DNA from: Burkholderiales bacterium
GTDB lineage: Bacteria > Pseudomonadota > Gammaproteobacteria > Burkholderiales > SG8-39
Direction of reading: 5' to 3'
Assembly (NCBI GenBank): GCA_014860355.1
Contig: JACZJV010000062.1
Span: 759-64,758 of the forward strand
DNA length: 64,000 nt
Shown here: piece after piece, positions 56,431 to 64,000 of the stretch
How the letters are laid out: each line of letters opens with the position of its first letter
Numbering within the stretch: the stretch's first letter is position 1
Translations under genes and position numbers: made by a program
The notes under the pieces: generated by a model
Told to the model about the DNA's origin: nothing
The model's input: only the letters and a program-made list of their open reading frames with translations
Database searches by the model: none

Positions 56431-56988
56431 TCAAACCGCCATCAGGTCGGCTTCTTTGGCAGCGAGCAGTTTGTCTATTTCGGCGATGAACTTGTCCGTG
56501 AGCTTCTGGATCTCGTCCTGGGCCCGGCGCTCGTCGTCCTCGGATACCTCCTTTTGCTTGAGCAGATCCTTGAGGTGGTGATTGGCGTCGCGCCGCAGAT
56601 TTCTCACCGCCACCTTGGCGTTCTCGCCTTCGCCTTTGACCACTTTGATGAGTTCGCGCCTGCGCTCCTCGGTCAGCGCCGGCATCGGTACGCGGATCAA
56701 GTCTCCCTGCGAAGCGGGATTGAGTCCAAGATCAGAATCGCGTATCGCCTTTTCGATCAACGCGCCCATCTTTTTTTCCCAGGGCGATATGCCGATGGTG
56801 CGCGCGTCGATCAGGGTCAGGTTGGCGACCTGGTTGATCGGCATCGCGGTGCCGTAGTAATCGACCGTGACGTGGTCGAGGATGCCGGTGTGCGCTCGCC
56901 CGGTGCGCACCTTGCCCAGGTCGGTCTTCAGCGCTTCGAGCGACTTTTGCATCTTCTGCTCGGCGGTTTTTTTGACATCAGCGATCAT
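56431..56988 (-). CDS. frr: Ribosome recycling factor
   Basis: [51 protein letters not shown]. Confidence 0.98.
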   Translation of the reverse strand: MIADVKKTAEQKMQKSLEALKTDLGKVRTGRAHTGILDHVTVDYYGTAMPINQVANLTLIDARTIGISPWEKKMGALIEKAIRDSDLGLNPASQGDLIRVPMPALTEERRRELIKVVKGEGENAKVAVRNLRRDANHHLKDLLKQKEVSEDDERRAQDEIQKLTDKFIAEIDKLLAAKEADLMAV

Positions 56989-57004
56989 GGTCAGCCCCTC
57001 TCAT

Positions 57005-57733
57005 TCAACTATGTACCAATGTTCCTTCGTTTTCGCCCATCACCACCCGTTTCAGCGCGCCGGGCTTGAAGATGCTGAACACGTTGATCGGCAGCTTCTG
57101 ATCGCGGCACAGGGTCAGGGCGGTCGCGTCCATTACCCTGAGATTCTGGTTGATCGCGTCGTCGAAGCTTACCCGGTCATAGCGCCGCGCCTGCGCATCG
57201 GTGTTCGGGTCGGCGCTGTACACGCCGTCAACTTTGGTCGCCTTGAGCACGATATCACAGCCCATCTCGGTGCCGCGCAGCGCTGCCGCCGTGTCCGTGG
57301 TGAAGAACGGATTGCCCGTGCCGGCTGCGAAAATCACGATCTTGCCCTCCTCCAGATAGCGCATCGCTTTGCCGCGTATGTACGGTTCGACTACCTGCTC
57401 GATGTTGAGCGCCGATTGCACCCGGCCGTTCAGGCCGCCGCGGCGCATGGCGTCCTGCAGGGCGAGCGCATTCATTACGGTGGCGAGCATGCCCATGTAG
57501 TCGGCGGTGGCCCGATCCATTCCGGCGGCGGCAGGTGCCACGCCGCGGAAGATATTGCCGCCGCCGATAACCACGGCAATTTCCAGCCCCAGCGCCGCCA
57601 CTGCGGCGATTTCGGCGACGATGCGGTCTATGGTCACCCGATTTATGCCATACGCATCCTCGCCCATCAGTGCCTCGCCCGAAAGCTTGAGCAGGATGCG
57701 CTTGTAGGCCGGGGTTGCGGTCACGGCGTTCAA
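57005..57733 (-). CDS. pyrH: Uridylate kinase
   Basis: [21 protein letters not shown]; [10 protein letters not shown]. Confidence 0.97.
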   Translation of the reverse strand: MNAVTATPAYKRILLKLSGEALMGEDAYGINRVTIDRIVAEIAAVAALGLEIAVVIGGGNIFRGVAPAAAGMDRATADYMGMLATVMNALALQDAMRRGGLNGRVQSALNIEQVVEPYIRGKAMRYLEEGKIVIFAAGTGNPFFTTDTAAALRGTEMGCDIVLKATKVDGVYSADPNTDAQARRYDRVSFDDAINQNLRVMDATALTLCRDQKLPINVFSIFKPGALKRVVMGENEGTLVHS

Positions 57734-58611
57734 CTCGTCGCGGCTTTGGCCTGCGCCGCCACTTCGGCGGCGAAATCGCTAGCTTTCTTCTCGATGCCCT
57801 CGCCCGCGACGAAAAACTTGTAGCTGAGCAGCTTGGCGTGCTTTGCGGCCAGCATCTTTTCCACCGTCAGCTTGTCGTCCTTGACGAAAGCCTGTCCAAG
57901 CAGGGTGATCTCGCCTAGAAACTTGTTCATGCCGCCTTCGACCATTTTTTCGGCAATATTGGCCGGCTTGCCCGATTCCCGCGCGCGTGCGGCGAGGACG
58001 TCGCGCTCGCGCGCAAGCGCATCGGGGGATACCTGGTCGCGCGACATGTACTGCGGCCTGGCGAACGCAATGTGCATGGCGAGATCCTTGCCGACCTCGT
58101 CTTCTCCTTCGAATTCGATCAACACGCCGATCTTGACTCCATGCAGGTATTGCGCCAGCTTGGCGCCGGTGTGCAACCGGTGAAAGCGGCGAATGCTCAG
58201 ATTCTCGCCGATCTTCTGCACCAGGGCCTGGCGCCGGGTCTCGACCGTGCCCGACTCAAGCCCGAGCGCGGAGAGCGCCGCCACGTCGGCCGGATCATCG
58301 TTTGCCACGAGTTGTGCCAGCGTCGAAGCAAATTCGAGAAAATCCGAGTTCTTGGCGACGAAATCGGTCTCGCAATTCACTTCAACCAATGCTGCGGTCT
58401 TCCCGTCTGCCGCAAGATACGCGCCGATCACGCCTTCGGCCGCCACGCGTCCGGCGGCCTTGTTCGCTTTGGCGCCGCTCTTGATGCGCAATAGATCTTC
58501 GGCGGATTTCAGGTCGCCCCCGGTCTCTACCAGGGCCTTCTTGCATTCCATCATGCCCAGGCCGGTAATTTCGCGCAATTCCCGGACCATGGTGGCGGTA
58601 ACTTCTGCCAT
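57730..58611 (-). CDS. tsf: Elongation factor Ts
   Basis: [34 protein letters not shown]. Confidence 0.98.
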   Translation of the reverse strand: MAEVTATMVRELREITGLGMMECKKALVETGGDLKSAEDLLRIKSGAKANKAAGRVAAEGVIGAYLAADGKTAALVEVNCETDFVAKNSDFLEFASTLAQLVANDDPADVAALSALGLESGTVETRRQALVQKIGENLSIRRFHRLHTGAKLAQYLHGVKIGVLIEFEGEDEVGKDLAMHIAFARPQYMSRDQVSPDALARERDVLAARARESGKPANIAEKMVEGGMNKFLGEITLLGQAFVKDDKLTVEKMLAAKHAKLLSYKFFVAGEGIEKKASDFAAEVAAQAKAATS

Positions 58612-58677
58612 TTTCTTACTCCTCAAAGTTCAAAAAAAGGGGCTTTCGCCCCTTTTGCACGGTAGTACCACTGCTGC

Positions 58678-59433
58678 TTAGCCGAGGGACTCGTCCGGGG
58701 TTTCCAGTTCCACGAATTCGTCCGCGCCTGCGCCTGCGACGATCTCCTGCACCGACATGTCGCGCCCCTCGAGAATCGCGTCGGCCACGCCCCGGGCGTA
58801 CAGGCGGATCGCACGGCTGGAATCGTCGTTGCCAGGAATCACGTGGCTGATGCCCTCGGGCGAATGGTTGGTGTCGACCACGCCGATGATCGGTATGCCC
58901 AGCTTGTTGGCTTCGACCACTGCGCCTTTCTGATAGCCCACGTCAATAATGAATAGCGCATCGGGCACGCCGGTGAGATCCTTGATGCCGCCCAGGCTGC
59001 GTTCGAATTTGACCAATTCGCGCTGGATGCCCAAGGCCTCTTTTTTCGGCATTTTTTCCAGGCTGCCGTCGGCGAGCATCGCTTCCATTTCCTTCAGGCG
59101 TTTGATCGACTGCTTGACGGTCTTGAAATTGGTCAGCATGCCGCCGAGCCAGCGATGGTCGACGTAGGGCGCGCCGCAGCGCAGCGCCTCTTCCTTGATG
59201 ATCTCGCGCGCCTGGCGCTTGGTGCCTACGAACAGGATGGTGCCTTTGTTCGAGGACAGTTTCTTGACGTATTTCATCGCCTCCTGGTACATGACCAGGG
59301 TCTTTTCCAGGTTGACGATGTGAATCTTGTTGCGATGGCCGAATATGAAAGGAGCCATCTTGGGGTTCCAGAAGCGGGTCTGGTGGCCGAAATGCACCCC
59401 TGCTTCCAGCATTTGACGCATGGTCGTAGACAT
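58678..59433 (-). CDS. rpsB: 30S ribosomal protein S2
   Basis: [45 protein letters not shown]. Confidence 0.98.
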   Translation of the reverse strand: MSTTMRQMLEAGVHFGHQTRFWNPKMAPFIFGHRNKIHIVNLEKTLVMYQEAMKYVKKLSSNKGTILFVGTKRQAREIIKEEALRCGAPYVDHRWLGGMLTNFKTVKQSIKRLKEMEAMLADGSLEKMPKKEALGIQRELVKFERSLGGIKDLTGVPDALFIIDVGYQKGAVVEANKLGIPIIGVVDTNHSPEGISHVIPGNDDSSRAIRLYARGVADAILEGRDMSVQEIVAGAGADEFVELETPDESLG

Positions 59434-59783
59434 TAGAACTTCTCCATTTAGGGTTGGTCATAGCCGCCCGGCTCGTTATAACCCCGTTTGGGGCACCCTA
59501 AAGAGGGGCGGATCAAATTTAGCCAGGAAATCTGACTAGCGAAATAGTATATCATGAAGCACGAGCTCTGCTCAAGAAATGCGCGACTAAACAGCAGATT
59601 AAGCCCTGCGTACGCGTCCAGGCGAAATCGCCGGCCGCGTTGCGCAAAATTGCTGCCGGGCACCATTGAGCAGACCGGAGCCTGTCTGCATTCAGCGCGC
59701 TGCGAGCGCGGGATGCCTCAGGCGCAGCTTCCCTTAGCCAGGGCTATCCTTTATCCTTCCCACCCTTTGGGCACAGCCAGCAG

Positions 59784-60593
59784 ATGAGCATCCAGATCAA
59801 GACCCCGGAAGATATCAAGAAAATGCATGTCGCCGGGCGCCTTGCGGCGGAAGTGCTCGATTTCATCGCCCCGCAGGTCAAATCCGGGATTACGACGGGC
59901 GAGCTCGACCGCCTTTGCCACGACTACATGGTCAAGGTGCAGAAAACGGTGCCGGCACCGCTGCATTATGCGCCGCCGGGCTACCAGCCTTATCCCAAGT
60001 CGATTTGCACCTCGATCAATCATCAGGTCTGTCATGGGATTCCCGGCGACAGGCAGCTAAAACACGGCGACATCGTCAATATCGACATCACGGTGATCAA
60101 GGACGGATACCACGGCGACACCAGCCGCATGTTCTATGTCGGCGAGCCTGCGATCCAGGCGCGCCGCCTGTGCGAAACGACCTACGAATGCATGTGGATG
60201 GGCATCCAGGCCGTCAAGCCAGGCGCCCATCTGGGCGACATCGGCGAGGCCATTCAGAAGCACGCCGAGGGGCACGGTTACAGCGTGGTGCGTGAATTTT
60301 GCGGCCACGGAATCGGCAGGAAGTTCCACGAAGAGCCGCAGGTGCTGCATTACGGCCGCGCCGGCACCGGCGTCGCCTTGCAGCCCGGAATGATTTTCAC
60401 CATCGAACCGATGATCAATGCCGGAAAGGCGGCGATCCGCGAACTCTCCGACGGTTGGACCATCGTGACCAAGGACCACAGCCTGTCGGCGCAGTGGGAG
60501 CATACCGTGCTCGTAACCGAAACCGGGCACGAGGTGCTGACCCTGTCCGAGGGTGCACCGGCGCAACCCGCTCCTAAACACGCTCCCCGCTGA
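59784..60593 (+). CDS. map: Methionine aminopeptidase type I
   Basis: IKTPEDIKKMHVAGRLAAEVLDFI; KHGDIVNIDITVIKDGYHGDTSRMF. Confidence 0.98.
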   Translation: MSIQIKTPEDIKKMHVAGRLAAEVLDFIAPQVKSGITTGELDRLCHDYMVKVQKTVPAPLHYAPPGYQPYPKSICTSINHQVCHGIPGDRQLKHGDIVNIDITVIKDGYHGDTSRMFYVGEPAIQARRLCETTYECMWMGIQAVKPGAHLGDIGEAIQKHAEGHGYSVVREFCGHGIGRKFHEEPQVLHYGRAGTGVALQPGMIFTIEPMINAGKAAIRELSDGWTIVTKDHSLSAQWEHTVLVTETGHEVLTLSEGAPAQPAPKHAPR

Positions 60594-63178
60594 TGCCCAA
60601 CGCGCAATTGGCAGCTGTCGTGCGGCATTCCGCGGCCAGCCTGCGCGAACCGTTGCAGCGGGATCGGCGCGCTCTGCACGAGCGCTATGCCGCGGATGGG
60701 GAAGCACCGCGCCTGCTGCGCCAGCACCGGGCGCTCATCGACCGCGCGCTGCGTAGTTTGTGGAAGGAGGCGGCCCTGCCCGGCTCGCTGGCTCTTGCCG
60801 CGGTCGGCGGATACGGGCGCGGCGAGCTGTTTCCGCATTCCGACGTCGATCTGCTGGTGCTCCTGCCGTGGGAGCCGGACGCGGAACTTAAAGCCAAGCT
60901 GGAGGGGCTGATAGGCAGGCTTTGGGACACCGGCCTCGAACCCGGCCACGGTGTGCGCACGATCGAGGAATGCCTGTTCGAGTCGGCCAAGGACATTACC
61001 GTACAGACCAGCCTGCTGGAAGCGAGATGGCTGGCCGGCAGCCGCAGTCTGTATGCCGCTTTCACCCATGCCATGCGCGAGCAGCTCGATCCGCAGCATT
61101 TCTTCCAGTCCAAGCGCCTGGAGCAGGAGCAGCGACACGGCAAATACCAGGAAAGCCCCTACAGTCTCGAACCCAATTTAAAGGAGGCGCCGGGGGGCCT
61201 GCGCGACCTGCAGGTGATTCTGTGGATCTGCCGCTGCGCCGGTTTGGGCGAAAACTGGATGCAGCTCGCTGCGCGCGAACTCATAACCACCGTCGAAGCG
61301 CGCCAGCTCGCGCGATACCAGAAGTTCCTGAGCGAACTGCGTATCCGCCTGCACTACATCGCGGGCCGCCGCGAGGACCGGCTGCTGTTCGATTACCAGA
61401 GCAGCCTGGCTGCGCAGCTGGGCTTCGTCGACACACCGAGCAAGCGCGCCAGCGAACAGATGATGCAGCGCTATTACCGCACCGCCAAGGCGATCACGCA
61501 GCTCAACACGCTGCTGCTGCAGAATATCGGCGTGGAGCTGCTTTCGAGCGACGACAGTCCGCTGGAAATCCTCAACGAGCGCTTCCAGGCCGCGCACGAA
61601 CTGCTGGAGGCGCGCGATGCCGATCTGTTCGAGCGCCAGCCGGGCGCCATCCTGGAGAGCTTCCTGCTGCTGCAGCAGCACTCCGAGCTGAAAGGCATGG
61701 GCGCGCCGACGCTGCGCGCGCTGTGGCGCGCGCGCGCCGGAATCGACGCCCGCTTCCGGCGCGACCCGGCCAATTGCGCGCAGTTCATGCAGATCCTGCA
61801 GCAGCCGCGCGGACTGGTGCACGCGCTGCGGCGCATGAATCAATATTCCATACTCGGGCGCTATCTGCCCGCGTTCGGCAAGATCGTCGGGCAGATGCAA
61901 TACGATCTGTTCCACGCCTATACCGTGGACCAGCACATCCTCAACGTGATCCGCAATCTACGCCGCTTCACCATGATCGAATTCGCCCACGAGTATCCGC
62001 AGTGCAGCCGCCTGATTGCGGGGTTCGAGCGCCACTGGCTGCTTTATGTCGCAGCGCTGTTCCACGACATCGCCAAGGGCCGCGGAGGCGACCATTCCAG
62101 GCTCGGCATGCGCGACGCACGCGGTTTCTGCCGGCTGCACGGCCTGACGCGCGAGGACACCGAACTGGTCGCATTCCTGGTCGAGCACCATTTGACCATG
62201 TCTTCTGTCGCGCAGAAGCGCGATCTTTCCGATCCCGACGTCATCGAGGCCTTCGCGCGCACGGCGAAGACCGAACGCCGGCTCACTGCGCTGTACCTGC
62301 TGACGGTTGCCGATGTGCGCGGCACCAGCCCCAAGGTATGGAACGCCTGGAAGGGCAAACTGCTGGAAGACCTGTTCCTGCTCGCGCGGCGCCTGCTGCG
62401 CGGCGATGGCGTGGGCTTCGAGCAGGATATTCAGGCCAAACAGGAGGAAGCGCTGCGACTGCTGCGCCTGTACGCCCTGTCGGACGAAGTCAAGGACAGG
62501 CTTTGGAGCGAGCTCGATGTGGCCTATTTTCTGCGTCACGACGCGCAGGACATCGCCTGGCAGACCCGTACCCTGCACTACCGCGTCGACACCGACCGGC
62601 CGGTGGTGAAAGCGCGCCTCTCTCCCATAGGCGAAGGGCTGCAGGTGATGATCTATACGCGCGACCAGCGCGACCTGTTCGCGCGCATCTGCGGCTATTT
62701 CGAACAGATCAACTACAGCATCGCCGACGCCCGCATTCACACCACGGGCCACGGCTACGCCCTGGATACGTTCCTGTTGCTGGGCCCGGGCAACAATCCG
62801 CATTATCGCGACATGATCAGCCTGATCGAGACCGACCTGGCCGAACGGCTGCAGCGTCAGACGCCACTGCATCCCCCCACCCGCGGCCGCGTTTCGCGCC
62901 AGCTGCGGCATTTTCCGATCACACCGGAGGTCCATATCCGGCCGGATGAAAAAGGCGCGAGTTACGCGCTGTCCATCATCGCCGGCGACCGCCCCGGCCT
63001 GCTCTATGCCATTGCGCTGGTGCTGGGCAAGTACGACATCAACCTGGTCACCGCCAAGATCGTGACGCTGGGCGAGCGCGCAGAAGACGTGTTCCTGGTA
63101 TCGGGCGAGGCGCTTGCCATACCCAAGACCGTGCTGCAACTCGAGAGCGATCTGCTCGACGCATTGCAGCTCAACTAG
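60593..63178 (+). CDS. glnD: Bifunctional uridylyltransferase/uridylyl-removing enzyme GlnD
   Basis: AVGGYGRGELFPHSDVDLLVLLP, HD domain HDIAKGRGGDHS, C-terminal ACT repeats. Confidence 0.97.
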   Translation: MPNAQLAAVVRHSAASLREPLQRDRRALHERYAADGEAPRLLRQHRALIDRALRSLWKEAALPGSLALAAVGGYGRGELFPHSDVDLLVLLPWEPDAELKAKLEGLIGRLWDTGLEPGHGVRTIEECLFESAKDITVQTSLLEARWLAGSRSLYAAFTHAMREQLDPQHFFQSKRLEQEQRHGKYQESPYSLEPNLKEAPGGLRDLQVILWICRCAGLGENWMQLAARELITTVEARQLARYQKFLSELRIRLHYIAGRREDRLLFDYQSSLAAQLGFVDTPSKRASEQMMQRYYRTAKAITQLNTLLLQNIGVELLSSDDSPLEILNERFQAAHELLEARDADLFERQPGAILESFLLLQQHSELKGMGAPTLRALWRARAGIDARFRRDPANCAQFMQILQQPRGLVHALRRMNQYSILGRYLPAFGKIVGQMQYDLFHAYTVDQHILNVIRNLRRFTMIEFAHEYPQCSRLIAGFERHWLLYVAALFHDIAKGRGGDHSRLGMRDARGFCRLHGLTREDTELVAFLVEHHLTMSSVAQKRDLSDPDVIEAFARTAKTERRLTALYLLTVADVRGTSPKVWNAWKGKLLEDLFLLARRLLRGDGVGFEQDIQAKQEEALRLLRLYALSDEVKDRLWSELDVAYFLRHDAQDIAWQTRTLHYRVDTDRPVVKARLSPIGEGLQVMIYTRDQRDLFARICGYFEQINYSIADARIHTTGHGYALDTFLLLGPGNNPHYRDMISLIETDLAERLQRQTPLHPPTRGRVSRQLRHFPITPEVHIRPDEKGASYALSIIAGDRPGLLYAIALVLGKYDINLVTAKIVTLGERAEDVFLVSGEALAIPKTVLQLESDLLDALQLN

Positions 63179-63235
63179 GCTGCGGCCAGGTTATGCGGGG
63201 TGCGTACGCCCCTGCCGGCGGGTTTCATGCCGGCC

Positions 63236-63766
63236 TCATTCCTCCAGGATTTCCTCGCCCGGGAACAGCGCCTGGATGAAACCGAACTTGCTGAAATCGC
63301 GGATGCGCATCGGGTACAAAATGCCCTGCAGATGATCGCACTCGTGCTGCACCACGCGCGCGTGGAAGCCGCTTACGCTGCGGTCGATGCGATTGCCGCG
63401 CTCGTCAAAGCCCTGGTAGCGCAGTCGCGCATGGCGCGGCACCATGCCGCGCAGCCCCGGCACCGACAGGCAACCTTCCCAGTCCTCTTCGAGTTCGTCC
63501 GAAAGCGGCGTCAGTACCGGGTTGATGAGTACCGTATCGGGCACTTCCTCGGCCCGCGGGTAGCGATCGTTCCGGTCCACGCCGAACACAACCACCTGCA
63601 GTCCGACGCCGATCTGCGGCGCGGCCAGGCCCGCGCCGTTCAAGTGCGCCATGGTTTCGCGCATGTCGGCCAGCAGGGCGTGCAATCCGGGCGTATCGAA
63701 CGCTTCCACCGGCCGCGCCGCTTGCAGCAGGAACGGATCGCCCATCTTGAGTACCTCGCGGATCAT
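63236..63766 (-). CDS. def: Peptide deformylase
   Basis: [34 protein letters not shown]. Confidence 0.96.
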   Translation of the reverse strand: MIREVLKMGDPFLLQAARPVEAFDTPGLHALLADMRETMAHLNGAGLAAPQIGVGLQVVVFGVDRNDRYPRAEEVPDTVLINPVLTPLSDELEEDWEGCLSVPGLRGMVPRHARLRYQGFDERGNRIDRSVSGFHARVVQHECDHLQGILYPMRIRDFSKFGFIQALFPGEEILEE

Positions 63767-64000
63767 GCGCGCGACGCCAGTTTCTCGATGATCCGACGCA
63801 CGCGCGCCAGCGACTGCTGCAGCACCGGCTCGATGTCCTCCAGGCGTATGCCGTGCAGGCTGTCGCCGCGGCCGGCGGCGAAATTCGCTACCACCGCGAT
63901 GGTGGCGTAATCGAGTTCCGCCTCCCGCGCCAGCGCCGCTTCGGGCATGCCGGTCATGCCCACGACATCGGCGCCGTCGCGCTCGATCCGATTGATCTCC
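63763..64000 (-). CDS. MTA/MTI phosphorylase-like protein, C-terminal part (runs off window end)
   Basis: [36 protein letters not shown] is typical of MTAP/PNP family II C-terminal regions; 5' end outside window. Confidence 0.8.
   Translation of the reverse strand, partial: EINRIERDGADVVGMTGMPEAALAREAELDYATIAVVANFAAGRGDSLHGIRLEDIEPVLQQSLARVRRIIEKLASRA

Noticed and set aside
59554-59787. 77-aa ORF in the rpsB-map intergenic region
   Set aside because: Basic, low-complexity-like translation without recognisable family; the region more likely holds divergent promoters.
60922-62949. 675-aa plus-strand ORF within glnD in another frame
   Set aside because: Arg/Pro/Ala-rich out-of-frame translation; glnD frame carries all expected motifs.

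Overview
The 64 kb window looks like a high-GC betaproteobacterium-like chromosomal segment, judged from gene order and protein similarity and not tested by phylogeny. It is mostly conserved housekeeping blocks: rpoE-rseA-rseB-degP, lepA-lepB-rnc-era-recO-pdxJ-acpS-nagZ, uvrC-pgsA-tRNAs, tatD-holB-tmk-mltG, guaB-guaA, rnfH-ratA-smpB, rnhB-lpxB-lpxA-fabZ-lpxD-skp-bamA-rseP-dxr-cdsA-uppS-frr-pyrH-tsf-rpsB, and map-glnD-def-(mtnP). The clearest accessory content lies in three places. (1) A 7 kb block sits between tRNA-Gly/tRNA-Cys and tRNA-Leu(UAA). It encodes an MFS transporter, a 1293-aa secreted FecR-domain protein with three diverged tandem beta-rich modules, and an adjacent TPR + DUF560/Slam-like outer-membrane protein. 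This is a candidate uncharacterised Slam-type secretion/surface-display pair and the best lead in the window. (2) An acyltransferase-3/SGNH gene and a vestigial integrase N-terminus sit between the glutaredoxin-like gene and lepA. (3) A fused class II aldolase/short-chain dehydrogenase lies 3 nt from mtnA, suggesting a DHAP-shunt-like (5-deoxy-pentose or methylthioribose) salvage route. Non-coding structure of note is an array of four hairpins between lepA and lepB, and a perfect 17-nt palindrome upstream of the Slam-like gene. No CRISPR array, intact mobile element or rRNA was seen.
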